A stretch of 64,000 nt of DNA from a bacterium UBP2_UBA5202 (GTDB lineage: Bacteria; Edwardsbacteria; AC1; EtOH8). Positions 36,267 to 47,077 of this stretch are shown piece after piece. How positions within the stretch are numbered: the stretch's first letter is position 1; each line of letters begins with the position of its first letter. Location: assembly GCA_002412795.1 (NCBI GenBank), contig DHVS01000011.1, forward strand, positions 19,824 to 83,823, read 5' to 3'. Made by a program: the position numbers and the translations under genes. The notes under the pieces are model-generated. The model saw nothing but the letters and a program-made list of their open reading frames with translations. It was not told where the DNA came from and ran no database searches.

Positions 36267-38028
36267 AAAAACCGTTCATTTCCAATAATTCTTGATGTCT
36301 GCCGGATTCCACGATCCGGCCCTTGTGTATCACCATTATCTTGTCGGCGTCCAGAATGGTGGAAAGCCTATGGGCCACGATCACCGCTGTCCGGCCTTCC
36401 AGCAGGCGCTTGATGCCTTCCTGGATCAGCCTTTCCGACATCGGGTCCACCGAGGAGGTGGCCTCGTCCAATATCAGGATCTGGGGGTCGAAGGCCAAAG
36501 CCCGGGCGAAGGAGACCAGCTGCCTCTCACCTTGGGAGAGGTTGGCGCCCCGCTCGGCCAGCTCCGATTCCAGGCCGTGGGGCATTTTGTCCAGCATCCG
36601 TTTCAGCCCCAGGATCTCTACCGCCCGGTCCAGCTGCTCCCGGCTCATCTCCGAACCCAGAGTCAGGTTCTCCTTGACCGTTCCGGGGAAGAGGAATACA
36701 TCCTGGAGCACCAGCCCAAAGTGGCGGCGCAGTTTGTCCACCGGTATCTTCCGGACATCGGTCCCATCAATGGTGATGCAGCCCGACTGGGGGTCGTAGA
36801 ACCTGAGCATCAGGTTGATGATGGAGCTTTTGCCGCCGCCGGTGGCTCCCACCAGGGCTATCTTCTCGCCCTTGTTGATGGTGAAATTGATGTCGCGTAG
36901 CACCCAGTCCGGCTCGTCCTTTCCGGCCCGGGTAAGATAGGAGAAGTTCACATCCTTGAATTTAATTGAATCATTGAACTGTGTCCATCCGCAGCCGGCG
37001 GCGGCGTTGACCACCCGGGGCTGGAGGTCCATGATCTCGAAGACCCGCTGGGCGCCGGCAAAGGCCCGTTGCATGACCCCCACCTGCTCCGAGAAGGCGT
37101 AGACCGGCATGAAGAACTGCCGAAGATATCCCAAAAACAGCACCATGGCCCCGATGGTCAAAAGCCCTTTGGCCACCATATTGCCGCCGACCAAAAGGAT
37201 GATGGCCAGCCCGGTTATTTCAAAGACCCCCACCAGGCTGAAGAAGCCCATGGTCATCACGTCGGCCGGCAGCAGGGTCTTGATATACGACCGGTTGAGC
37301 TGGGCCATCTTTTGCCTGACCTCTTCCTCGCGGGAAAAGGCCTGAATCACCCTCATGCCCTGGACCATCTCGGTGAGGTAGGCCACGATCTCGGCGTACT
37401 TTTTGCGGACCACCAAGAACATCGGCCTGACCTTCTTCTGGAACAGGACGGTCAACAGCGCTATCACCGGGATCAAAGTGGATACCGCCAGAAACAGCCG
37501 GGGGCTGACCCTGATCATGATGAATATCATTCCCCCCAAGCTGACCACTGCGCCCAGCACCGTGAACATGGTGGAGGTGAACAGCCGCCGGATGGCCTCG
37601 GTGTCGCTTTCCACCCGGGCGATCAGCCGCCCCACCGGGTGCTGGTCAAAATAAGAGATATCCAGCCCCAGCATGTGCCCGAACAACTGCTCCTTAAGGG
37701 CCGACACGATCTTCACCCCCAGCGATTCCAGCAGCACCAGCATCAAATAATTGACGCCAAAGGTGGCCAGCTGGAGCAGGACGTAGAGCCCCACCGTCAG
37801 CAGCAGGCCCTTAAAGTCGCTGCCGGCAATGTTGACGTCTATGGCCCGTTTCAACAGCAGGGGAGGCAGCAATCCCAGGGTCGAGGAGATGGTCAGTATC
37901 AGCCCGCCGCCGAGGACCCTCATTTTGAATGGCTTCAGCAGGGGCAGCATTCGTTTCAAAAGCTGCCGGTCGTAGATCTTCTTGGACGGCAGGTCTTCAA
38001 TATTTTCGTCGCTTTCGTCGAACCACAT
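36235..38028 (-). CDS. ABC exporter, fused permease-ATPase (partner of 34440-36266)
   Basis: GATGGGKSS Walker A and LSQGERQLVSFARAL signature. Overlaps the downstream gene. Confidence 0.8.
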   Translation of the reverse strand: MWFDESDENIEDLPSKKIYDRQLLKRMLPLLKPFKMRVLGGGLILTISSTLGLLPPLLLKRAIDVNIAGSDFKGLLLTVGLYVLLQLATFGVNYLMLVLLESLGVKIVSALKEQLFGHMLGLDISYFDQHPVGRLIARVESDTEAIRRLFTSTMFTVLGAVVSLGGMIFIMIRVSPRLFLAVSTLIPVIALLTVLFQKKVRPMFLVVRKKYAEIVAYLTEMVQGMRVIQAFSREEEVRQKMAQLNRSYIKTLLPADVMTMGFFSLVGVFEITGLAIILLVGGNMVAKGLLTIGAMVLFLGYLRQFFMPVYAFSEQVGVMQRAFAGAQRVFEIMDLQPRVVNAAAGCGWTQFNDSIKFKDVNFSYLTRAGKDEPDWVLRDINFTINKGEKIALVGATGGGKSSIINLMLRFYDPQSGCITIDGTDVRKIPVDKLRRHFGLVLQDVFLFPGTVKENLTLGSEMSREQLDRAVEILGLKRMLDKMPHGLESELAERGANLSQGERQLVSFARALAFDPQILILDEATSSVDPMSERLIQEGIKRLLEGRTAVIVAHRLSTILDADKIMVIHKGRIVESGRHQELLEMNGFYAKLYRIQFA

Positions 38029-38222
38029 AAGATAATTCCAATAATTTCATTTTTACAAACATTCAGCCACCAAGGCACCAAGACACAAAATGATGGCTAA
38101 GCTTGGCACCCCAGTAGCACTTCGTCCGGGATCAGAACATCGCTCAATATGGTACCCAGTGTATGTCTCGTGGTTGAATGTTCATTGGTTTTGTTCTAAC
38201 GTTGTTTTGCGGGCCAACCCGG

Positions 38223-39329
38223 TCATTCCTCATCCAACGTTTCCCGCCGTTGTCCGCTCCGCACTTTTTTTTGGGAGCTCCGGTGTTCCGTGATCTTTTC
38301 TTTCATGGCCTGTCTTTTTTTGTGAGCCGCCAGTTCCCGGTGCATCTTCTGGTAATTCTTGTACCGGGAGGGTTCCAGACCACCGCTTTTCATGGCTTCT
38401 TTCACGGCGCAGCCCGGTTCTCCTTCATGGCGGCAGTCCTTGAAGCGGCAGGCGCGGGCCAGTTCCTCGATGTCGTCAAAGGTCTGACTCAAACCATCGC
38501 CCCCGTCCCACAGCTGCATTTCCCTTAAGCCCGGGGTGTCGATCACCATCCTCTTGTTCGGCAGCAGAAAAAGGTTGCGGCTGCTGGTGATATGTCGGCC
38601 TTTGTCCTTGTAAGCAGACAGCTCCCCGGTGGCCAGGGTATCGGTCCCGGTCAGCCGGTTGACGATGGTGGATTTTCCCACCCCCGAACTGCCGACGAAG
38701 ACGCAGGTCCTGCCTTCCGGCAGATATTTCCACAGCCTTTCCATTCCCTGGTCCAAAACGGCGCTGATTACCGCCACCGGGATCTCCCGGGCCGCCTTTT
38801 CCGCTTCCCTTTGTTTTTCCGCCGGATCCAAGCAGAGGTCCGCCTTGTTCAGCACGATCACCGGACTGGCCCCGCAGTTCCGGGCCGAGACCAGATACCG
38901 CTCCAGCCGGCTGAAATTAAGCTCGTCGTTCAGGGCCCCCACGATGAACACGGTGTCAATATTGGCGGCCATGGTTTGTTGATCGGTCAGCGCCCCGGCC
39001 CGGTTCCGGGTCAGGCAGTTCTTCCTGGGCAGAATGGCCTTGATGGTCCCGCTGCGGTTGGCCGGATCGTGGTCAAAAGCCACCCAGTCGCCCACCGCCG
39101 GGATCCCGGTCAGCCATTCTTCCGGCAGTCCTTCCGTCAGTATCCCGTCCCGCAGTTTTCCCGAGACCGCCAGCTCCAGCTCGCCCATTTTTGTTAAGAC
39201 CCTTACCAGGCTTAAATGGACGGCCGCCACCCGGCCTGGCAAGATGTTCTTGTTTTCAGGCAGGGCGGAGACCAGCAACCGGAAATTCTGTTCGAAATGA
39301 TCATCCCAGCCTAAGATCGAAAGGTCCAT
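38223..39329 (-). CDS. rsgA: ribosome small-subunit-dependent GTPase A
   Basis: VLNKADL, GSSGVGKSTIVNRL and C-terminal zinc-binding CRHEGEPGC. Confidence 0.8.
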   Translation of the reverse strand: MDLSILGWDDHFEQNFRLLVSALPENKNILPGRVAAVHLSLVRVLTKMGELELAVSGKLRDGILTEGLPEEWLTGIPAVGDWVAFDHDPANRSGTIKAILPRKNCLTRNRAGALTDQQTMAANIDTVFIVGALNDELNFSRLERYLVSARNCGASPVIVLNKADLCLDPAEKQREAEKAAREIPVAVISAVLDQGMERLWKYLPEGRTCVFVGSSGVGKSTIVNRLTGTDTLATGELSAYKDKGRHITSSRNLFLLPNKRMVIDTPGLREMQLWDGGDGLSQTFDDIEELARACRFKDCRHEGEPGCAVKEAMKSGGLEPSRYKNYQKMHRELAAHKKRQAMKEKITEHRSSQKKVRSGQRRETLDEE

Positions 39330-39947
39330 TTAACAGTTTCCTTGTTTTTCAGTGTTTTGGTTTGTGACGGTTTGCCTGCTTTGGCCAGGTGGCCGATTGC
39401 ATTTTTCCTCCCTTTGCCTTAGTGGGGAAGGCCAAAGAAAAAAGCCACAGGTTTAGATTTTTCCTGTGGCTTTCCCATGCTCTTTATTGACGCAACAGAC
39501 AACGGCAAAAGAAAAAGGCCCCAGGTTTTACGCAACCCATGGCCTTGTAAAGAAGATCAGCTCAAATCAACTTTGGCATGGGGGCGCAGCTATCCCAGGG
39601 AAATTATCCATGGGAAGCAAATTCGCGATTATGTCAGTGTGGTTGATCATTTTTGCGCACCCCCCTTTGGGTACCATAGAAAGTTAAGGTTTGAGATTAA
39701 TGTGTTATTGTATAGCAAAATCCGGTTATTTGTCAAGTCTTTTTTTTATTTGCAAGTTGGTTATTTAGAAAAATACTGCGTATTGCCAGACAATGCCACA
39801 GTCTCTTGACAGGGCTGAAACCTCTTGTTATAATGTAAATAAAGGATTACAGAAATAAGCGGGAAGAATATGTTCTTCAGCGATATTCAGGGTGCCAATA
39901 CTAAGGTAAGCCGGAGGCAGTTCACAAAAACATTTAGAGGGAATACG

Positions 39948-40538
39948 ATGAGCAAATTATCTGCCAGGAAACGGTTCACATCTTTTATTTTAGCAGCATG
40001 GTTTTTCCTAAACACGGCTTCAGCAGCTGCCGGTGAATTGAATTTCAAACTGAAGCCGCTGAATGGCGGGAAGAAACTGGAATTGGCTAAATTGCTGGAA
40101 AAAGGCCCGGTGTTGGTGTCCTTTTGGGCCACCTGGTGCCATCCCTGCCAGGATGAACTGGTCCATCTGCAGAAAATATATGAAGTCTACCGGGACAGCG
40201 GACTCAGCTTCTTCGCAGTTTCCATCGACGACGCCAAGACAGCCGGCAAGGTCCGGACAGTGGCCAGCGGCAAGCGCCTGACCATTCCCATCCTGCTGGA
40301 TCCGGAGCAGGAGGCCATGCAGAACTTCGGGCTTTCCAACGTCCCCGGGGTCTTCATAGTGGGCAAGGACGGAAAACTGCTTTACCACCATATCGGCTAC
40401 AAACCCGGCGACGAGGCGGGGCTGGATGTTAATATTAAAACCATTGTCGGACTGATAAAAAATCCGGAGCTTTCTCTGCCCCCCGATTCTTCTGCGCTTT
40501 CCGACACCACCGGGTCCACCGGCAAGGAGGATAAATGA
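39948..40538 (+). CDS. TlpA-like thioredoxin-fold thiol:disulfide oxidoreductase
   Basis: WATWCHPCQDE CxxC active site. N-terminal signal/anchor. Confidence 0.65.
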   Translation: MSKLSARKRFTSFILAAWFFLNTASAAAGELNFKLKPLNGGKKLELAKLLEKGPVLVSFWATWCHPCQDELVHLQKIYEVYRDSGLSFFAVSIDDAKTAGKVRTVASGKRLTIPILLDPEQEAMQNFGLSNVPGVFIVGKDGKLLYHHIGYKPGDEAGLDVNIKTIVGLIKNPELSLPPDSSALSDTTGSTGKEDK

Positions 40539-42613
40539 AAATCAGAAACTTATCCCTGCTATGGGCCGGGGTAATAGTAACAATCTTATCATTGCTCAAC
40601 GGCTGCGGCAAGAGGCTGCCTACCACGGTCGATGAAGGCCAGGGATATCAACGCACCCTGCTGGTGGAGGTTTTTACCTCGGAATTCTGCACCAACTGCC
40701 CCAAGGCCGATGCCGCCGCCGAAAGCCTGGCCGCGGAGATGGGGGACTCGTTGTGCCTGGTGGAACTGCATCCCAAGGCCTTCCAATCCTCCGGAGACAG
40801 CCTGGGCCTGGCCGAGGCCGATACGCTGGTGGCGGGGTATGAAGCCGGTCTGGCTTCGCAGGGGCTGCCGTTCTTCTCCTGCGACGGGATTGAAAACATC
40901 CTGGGCACCCAATCCGATGTCTCCGGCACGTACCAGGAGTACCGGCAAAAGGCTGACCTGCGCAAGCTGATCAAGAGCCCTTTGGAGATATCCCTGACCG
41001 CCTGGCTAGATCAGGATGCCGTGGTATATTCGGCCCAGATCAACTCAGATGCTTCGCTGCCAAAAGATGCTGATCTGGGTCTGGTGCTGCTGGTGGTAGA
41101 GGATTCGGTGAATGCCTACGGCAAGGCGTTCCGCTATGTGGCCCGCTCGTTTATACCGAATACCAATGGCAATCCGCTGGTTATCCAGCCGGCTTCTTCG
41201 ATATCCAAGGCCGGCACCATCGCAAGAAATACCGGCTGGCTCCCCTGGCGCCTGTCGCTGATTGCCTATGTCCGTAACAATGATACTAAGGAAATACTAC
41301 AGGCGGCCAAGGTCCGGATCATTGCTGCCACCACGGCTCCGGCCACGCCGGTACTGAGCCTGCCGGCCAATTATGCCGTGGGCCAGAGCCTGAATCCCAC
41401 CCTGAGCTGGCTGGCCAGCAGCGGAGCGGCCAGCTATACCCTGCATTTGGCCACAGACAGCCTGTTCAACAATCTGATACAATATCCCAGTGGCCTGAAC
41501 GCAACCAGTGTCATCCTGGGGGGGCTGATTAATTCCACCACCTACTACTGGCGGGTCAACGCCAGCAACAATGCCGGGACCTCGAACTGGTCGTCCTGGA
41601 GAAGTTTCACCACCACCGCCACATCACTGCCAGGCGCACCGACCCTGGTTTCGCCGGCCAGCGGCGATACCGGGATCAGTAAAAGCCCCGCTTTGAGTTG
41701 GAACACCAGCAGCGGAGCTCTTAGCTACGGCCTGCAGGCGGCCACCAGCAACTCATTTTATCCCGCCAGCCTTATCTTTTCTCAAACCAACCTGACCGGC
41801 ACCAGCCAGGAGCTGCTGGGCCTGGAGCCAGCCACCGTATATTATTGGCGGATCAACGCTTTCAATGATGCGGGGGGGTCGGCCTGGTCGGAGACCCGGT
41901 CCTTCACCACCACAGTCAGCCCGGCCCCCGAAGCCCCGGGCTTGCTCTCACCGGCAAACTGGGAATTGAACGCGGGCACCAATCCGGTCCTGAAATGGAG
42001 TTCATGCTATGGCGCCGTTGGCTACCGCCTCCAGGTTTCGCCCAACCACGATTTCAGGAATGCCGCCTTAGACCAGGGAGGTTTGACCGATACCAGCCAG
42101 GCGTTCAACGGAATTGACTCCCTGACCACCTATTACTGGAGGGCCAATGCCTCCAACAATTTCGGGGCCTCGGCCTGGTCCGAGGTTTGGAATTTTACCG
42201 ACGCCCGGGGCTACGGCTTCTCCCGGGTAATAACACCGGACTCAACCGTCTGGCTGCCGGACACAATCATAAGCTACAGCCTGTCCCACCCGGAACCACC
42301 GGAGCTGGGTTACCACATCTATCTGACCAACCTGTCCTCCCAGATGACGATCTATGCCCAGGCTCCGTCCGCGCTTAATTCTGATTCACTGTTGTTCTGG
42401 GGATACTTATGCTCCGAAGCCAACTGTTATGGGCCAGATGGCGTCGCCAGCGCTTTGTTCAAGTCCGGGACCACCCAGCACTGGACGGTGCATTTCAACT
42501 TCAACACCCTGCCGCCGCCGGAGGGCCTGCACTGGCTGACGCTGAAGCTGTGGGCCGCAGACAACCCCTCGCATATCATGATCCGCAAGCTTTACCTGGA
42601 GGTGCTGCCGTGA
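40535..42613 (+). CDS. lipoprotein with N-terminal thioredoxin-like CxxC region and multiple fibronectin-III-like repeats
   Basis: Lipobox LLNGC. FCTNCPKA. Repeated TYYWRVNA/TVYYWRINA motifs. Confidence 0.55.
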   Translation: MKIRNLSLLWAGVIVTILSLLNGCGKRLPTTVDEGQGYQRTLLVEVFTSEFCTNCPKADAAAESLAAEMGDSLCLVELHPKAFQSSGDSLGLAEADTLVAGYEAGLASQGLPFFSCDGIENILGTQSDVSGTYQEYRQKADLRKLIKSPLEISLTAWLDQDAVVYSAQINSDASLPKDADLGLVLLVVEDSVNAYGKAFRYVARSFIPNTNGNPLVIQPASSISKAGTIARNTGWLPWRLSLIAYVRNNDTKEILQAAKVRIIAATTAPATPVLSLPANYAVGQSLNPTLSWLASSGAASYTLHLATDSLFNNLIQYPSGLNATSVILGGLINSTTYYWRVNASNNAGTSNWSSWRSFTTTATSLPGAPTLVSPASGDTGISKSPALSWNTSSGALSYGLQAATSNSFYPASLIFSQTNLTGTSQELLGLEPATVYYWRINAFNDAGGSAWSETRSFTTTVSPAPEAPGLLSPANWELNAGTNPVLKWSSCYGAVGYRLQVSPNHDFRNAALDQGGLTDTSQAFNGIDSLTTYYWRANASNNFGASAWSEVWNFTDARGYGFSRVITPDSTVWLPDTIISYSLSHPEPPELGYHIYLTNLSSQMTIYAQAPSALNSDSLLFWGYLCSEANCYGPDGVASALFKSGTTQHWTVHFNFNTLPPPEGLHWLTLKLWAADNPSHIMIRKLYLEVLP

Positions 42614-44130
42614 GAAATGGTTTTATCTTGCTATGCCTGCTGGCATTTGCTTTGCCGGCTGCAGCCTGGGATTTTTCCGGCAACAACCAGGCAACCATCT
42701 GGGTGTCACGGGGCGATTCACTTTCCGGAGGCGCATACAATATCCTGCAGTACCGGGAAGCTTGCGACCTGAGGCTGGCGGGCAGGGTCAAGGACGGCAT
42801 CAGGCTCGAGGCCGGACTCAAATTCCTATACGACCAGGAGACCTGGGACGACCAGCCTTTATTCTCAGGGTTCTCCAAACGTTACCTCCAGCTTAAAACC
42901 GATATGCTGACAGTCCGGATCGGCACGTACTATGTTGCTTTGGGACGGGGCCTGGTGCTGAACTGCGCCAACGAACAGGCGGCCAAGATAGACCGGCAAC
43001 TGGACGGAGCAATGGCCTTGGTCTCGGTTGACGGCCTGGGCGATGCCCGGCTGCTATTCGGCCGGATCAGCGAGAACACCAGGGAGCTGGACACTTCCAT
43101 GACCTATCTGGGAATAGAACTGAAATTTACCAAGTTGGCATCAATCACGCCCGGCCTGGCTTACCTCAGAGCCAATGCCGCCGGCCAGGGTTCCGACCCC
43201 TCGCTGGGAAAGCCGGTGGAGGAAACTTACAGCGGCAGTCTGGCAGGCAATCTTGGTCCGGTGGAGTACTACGGCGAGTATGGGGGGCGGCGCACTTACG
43301 GACGGCTTTCGCCCACCGCCGGCTGGGTCGGCATCAAAGACATCAATGGGCACGCTATTTACGGCAGTTTGTCGGCGTCATCCAGCGGCCTCGGCGTTAT
43401 GATGGATTTCAAAGACTACCGGGACTTCGACGCCGGCATCAACGCCCCGCCGCCCTGCAACCGGGAGGGCCGGCTTTTGAACAACGGCCGGGGTGAGAGG
43501 GGTTTTCAGCTGGATATAACGACCACCCCCTGGGAGTTACTGGAGCTGCACGGAAACATATCCTCAGCTAAAAGCACAAAAAAATCCGACAACGTGTCTG
43601 TTAGTGACGGAACAGTATATCCCGGAGAACAGAAGTGGGGCGATATCTTGGCCGAATGCAGATGGGAATATTCTTCCAGCATAATATTTACCGGCGAGGC
43701 GCGATCCCGGCGGGAGGACAACCTGCAGCCCGACATCATCGTCAAAAAATATCAAGGGGCTTCGGCCGGGATAGTCTGGAGATATAGCGCTGATCAGACA
43801 TTATCCTTAAAGGCCGGAGGCAACCGCTACCATAATATTTATCAAACTGAAAATCTTGATTATGACGAAGTCCTGGCCGAACTGGGCTGGGTGCCTCTAA
43901 AATGGCTGAACGTTTTTGCCTCGGCCGATCTGGCCGACAAGCCGGTGGCCGAGTACGACGGTCAAAAAAGTTGGGGCGAGACCGGATGTTCCGTCGATCT
44001 CGATCAGGGACGACAACAACTGAAACTTTCCGTGGGAAAGACCAAGGGAGGGTTGGTCTGCTCCGGCGGGTTCTGCCGCTGGGAGCCGGCCTTCCGGGGT
44101 TTCAAGGCGGTCTGGAGCTGGAAATTCTGA
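42610..44130 (+). CDS. putative outer-membrane beta-barrel protein
   Basis: GTG start overlapping the preceding stop. Signal peptide ...FALPAAAWDF. C-terminal ...WSWKF aromatic terminus. Confidence 0.45.
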   Translation: MRNGFILLCLLAFALPAAAWDFSGNNQATIWVSRGDSLSGGAYNILQYREACDLRLAGRVKDGIRLEAGLKFLYDQETWDDQPLFSGFSKRYLQLKTDMLTVRIGTYYVALGRGLVLNCANEQAAKIDRQLDGAMALVSVDGLGDARLLFGRISENTRELDTSMTYLGIELKFTKLASITPGLAYLRANAAGQGSDPSLGKPVEETYSGSLAGNLGPVEYYGEYGGRRTYGRLSPTAGWVGIKDINGHAIYGSLSASSSGLGVMMDFKDYRDFDAGINAPPPCNREGRLLNNGRGERGFQLDITTTPWELLELHGNISSAKSTKKSDNVSVSDGTVYPGEQKWGDILAECRWEYSSSIIFTGEARSRREDNLQPDIIVKKYQGASAGIVWRYSADQTLSLKAGGNRYHNIYQTENLDYDEVLAELGWVPLKWLNVFASADLADKPVAEYDGQKSWGETGCSVDLDQGRQQLKLSVGKTKGGLVCSGGFCRWEPAFRGFKAVWSWKF

Positions 44131-44585
44131 CGAACAGCAAATATCACCAAAAATAATGACAGGCGATTCTGCGGCAAAAATAACGCAATTAAGATAGGAA
44201 CCAGACATGACGATGGAATACTTTAATGACCATCTCCACCCCTGCCCCAAATGCGGGGAAAAGCACGACATCAGGCTGGTCCGCATCAGAAAATTCTTGT
44301 CCAAAGTTAGCTACCGGGTGTGCTGCGATTAATGCGGCCGCACCGGGCTGGAGGTTGCCGCACCGCAGGAGGCCCTGAATTGCTGGAATTACACCCGAGT
44401 CAGTTCCGTGTCCAACTTTTAAAGACTGTATTCCCAAAGGCCCGGTTAAAGACCGGGCCTTTTATACAATCCAGTTCACTACGATTAAAACCGTTCTTCT
44501 TTTCTTGACATCATTAAACGCCCTTGCTATAATGATATTAAGGGTTATAAGAATTTGCCGCCGGTAAAACCAAATCAAATATCCG

Positions 44586-45536
44586 ATGAATGACAAAAGA
44601 TCAAATATTCTGGATTACTTTTTCGTCCTCAGGCCCATCCTCTTGGTGCCGGCCTGGACCATGGTGCTGGCCGGTTATTACCAGGCCCAGCTCCAGGCGG
44701 GGATTTCTGCCAGGCCGCTTTGGCTGCTGCCCGGGAAGCTATGGCTGGCCCTGGCCATTTACAGCGGGCTGATGGGCGCGGTCTACATAGTCAACCAGAT
44801 CTTCGACATCGAGACCGACCGGATCAACAAGAAGCTGTTCCTGGTGGCCGAGGGCTATGTCAGCAAGAGCGGCATCTGGGCGGAGGCCGGGATACTGATG
44901 GTGCTGGCCCTGGCCCTGGCTGTTTATTTTTTCAGCCGGCCCTTTGCGGTGATCATTCTGGCCTCAGGTATCCTGGGTCTGCTGTATTCGGTGCCTCCGT
45001 TCAAGTTCAAGGCCAAACCATTCCTGGACATGGCGGCCAACGGTTTCGGCTATGGGGGACTGGCCTTTGCTGTTGGCTGGCTGGTCTTTGGGCAGTATAG
45101 TGAAAAAATATGGCTGGCGGCGTCGCCCTACATGCTGGCGGTGGCGGCGGTCTATGTCAACACCACCATTCCCGATTACCATTCGGACAAGGCCACCGGC
45201 AACATCACCACCGGGGTCTTTCTGGGCGGAACGGTCACCATCGGGCTGGGGCTGGCCCTGATGGCTGGTTCGGCGGGACTGGCATATTACCTGAACGACA
45301 TGCTGTGCCTGATCGCCGCCCTATGCGCCGTTCCCTTGTTCCTGATAGCGGTTATCACCGGGAAGATGAAGTGGACCATGCTGTCCTACCAGGGGGGATC
45401 CTTGATACTGGTGCTGCTGGTGGGGCTGATGTATCCCGTGTTCTTTTTACTGCTATTGGGCACCTACCTGGCGCTGAAGGTCTACCACAAGAAGCGGTTC
45501 AACATGGATTATCCGAAATTCGCCGACCGGGGGTAA
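44586..45536 (+). CDS. UbiA-family prenyltransferase-like integral membrane protein
   Basis: Polytopic membrane protein with an NQIFDIETD Asp-rich motif. Confidence 0.5.
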   Translation: MNDKRSNILDYFFVLRPILLVPAWTMVLAGYYQAQLQAGISARPLWLLPGKLWLALAIYSGLMGAVYIVNQIFDIETDRINKKLFLVAEGYVSKSGIWAEAGILMVLALALAVYFFSRPFAVIILASGILGLLYSVPPFKFKAKPFLDMAANGFGYGGLAFAVGWLVFGQYSEKIWLAASPYMLAVAAVYVNTTIPDYHSDKATGNITTGVFLGGTVTIGLGLALMAGSAGLAYYLNDMLCLIAALCAVPLFLIAVITGKMKWTMLSYQGGSLILVLLVGLMYPVFFLLLLGTYLALKVYHKKRFNMDYPKFADRG

Positions 45537-45630
45537 TCCAGCACGGAGTCAATAAAGTAGTTACTGGTTATTCGTTAATCGTTAATCGTATTTGTGTCTT
45601 TGTGTCTTGGTGGTAAAAAAGGTAAGCACT

Positions 45631-46479
45631 ATGAATATCAGGCGCTCAATAATAGCCGGGAGCTGGTATCCGGGAGAGCCGGCCATGCTTAAGGCCGAGG
45701 TCGAAAGATACCTGGCGGCGGTCCAAACATATTCCACGGATTCCGAACTGCTGGGGATAGTGGCCCCCCATGCGGGATTGATGTACTCCGGGCCGGTGGC
45801 GGCCTATGCCTACAAAAATATCAAAGGCTTCGGCATCAAGACCGTGGTGCTGATAGGCCCCAGCCACCGAGCCTATTTCGAGGGCGCCGCAGTCTATGCC
45901 TCCGGAGAATGGGAGACCCCGCTGGGCAAAGTGGGAATCGACGCCGAACTCTGCCGGAAGATCATCAGCCAGGACCAGACCCATATCAATGATCTGCCGG
46001 CGGCCCACGCCCAGGAGCATTCGCTGGAGATCCAGCTTCCCTTTCTGCAAACGGTATTGGATCCCGGTTTTAAGATCGTTCCCATCATGGTGTCCAATCA
46101 TTCGCTGGCTTCCTGCGAAAGGCTGGCCCACTCCATAGTCCATGCGCTCAATGGAAACAGTGAAGGGATCATGCTTTTGGCCTCCAGCGACCTGTCCCAT
46201 TTCCATTCCCAGGCCGAAGCCAAGAAGCTGGACCAGAAGGTGGTCAAGGGCATCGAGAGCTACGATCCCGAAAAACTGGCCGGGGACCTGGCCTTTGAGA
46301 AATGCGAGGCCTGCGGGGGCGGGCCCATAGTGACAGTGATGATCGCCTGCAAACTGCTGGGAGCGGATAAGGGCGTGGTCTATGATTACCGGACCTCGGG
46401 CGATGTAACGGGTGAGAAGGAACAGGTGGTGGGGTATCTGGCCGCGGGGCTCTACAAGGCACAGGAGCCGATGGAATAA
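45631..46479 (+). CDS. MEMO1-family protein (AmmeMemoRadiSam system protein B)
   Basis: IAGSWYPGEP...VAPHAGLMYSGPVAAYAY. Confidence 0.75.
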   Translation: MNIRRSIIAGSWYPGEPAMLKAEVERYLAAVQTYSTDSELLGIVAPHAGLMYSGPVAAYAYKNIKGFGIKTVVLIGPSHRAYFEGAAVYASGEWETPLGKVGIDAELCRKIISQDQTHINDLPAAHAQEHSLEIQLPFLQTVLDPGFKIVPIMVSNHSLASCERLAHSIVHALNGNSEGIMLLASSDLSHFHSQAEAKKLDQKVVKGIESYDPEKLAGDLAFEKCEACGGGPIVTVMIACKLLGADKGVVYDYRTSGDVTGEKEQVVGYLAAGLYKAQEPME

Positions 46480-46482
46480 AAA

Positions 46483-47067
46483 ATGGGCAATTTAAAAAAT
46501 ACGGAAATAGTGGGCGGGTTGAGCTCGGAAGAGAAAAAAGAGCTTTTCCGGATCGCTCATTTGTCCATCGAGGCCGAGGTCAGGGGACTGCCCAAGCCGA
46601 AACTCGCTCCGCTGACCCCGAGGCTGTCCGAACTGCGCGGGGTGTTCGTAACCCTGAAGGAGCAGAGGCAGCTGCGGGGCTGCATTGGCTACATTGAGGG
46701 CATCAAGCCGCTGTATCTGGCGGTGGCCGAGATGGCGGTGGCCGCGGCGGTAGACGATCCGCGCTTTCCCGGGGTCGCGGAAGCAGAACTGCCGCATTTG
46801 GAATACGAGATCTCGGTGCTGACGCCGAAAAGGCAGATAGGTTCTCCGGAAGAATTCATTCCCGGCCAGCACGGGATAATAGTACAGCGGGGCGGGCGCT
46901 CCGGGGTGTTTTTGCCGCAGGTGGCGGCCGAGGAGGGCTGGAACCGGGAGGAGACCTTGAATTATCTCTGCGCCCACAAGGCGGGCCTGCCGGCCGGGGC
47001 CTGGAGGGAGAAGGAGACGAAGTTGTTTATCTTCGAAGCTGAAGTGATCGAGGAAAATATTAAATAA
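46483..47067 (+). CDS. AMMECR1 domain protein (AmmeMemoRadiSam system protein A)
   Basis: GVFVTL...RGCIGYIE motif. Confidence 0.8.
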   Translation: MGNLKNTEIVGGLSSEEKKELFRIAHLSIEAEVRGLPKPKLAPLTPRLSELRGVFVTLKEQRQLRGCIGYIEGIKPLYLAVAEMAVAAAVDDPRFPGVAEAELPHLEYEISVLTPKRQIGSPEEFIPGQHGIIVQRGGRSGVFLPQVAAEEGWNREETLNYLCAHKAGLPAGAWREKETKLFIFEAEVIEENIK

Positions 47068-47077
47068 ATAAACGCTG

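Noticed and set aside
42409-42609. Upstream part of track ORF 42409-44130
   Set aside because: Overlaps the well-supported lipoprotein gene in another frame. A GTG at 42610 just before the signal peptide is a far more plausible start.
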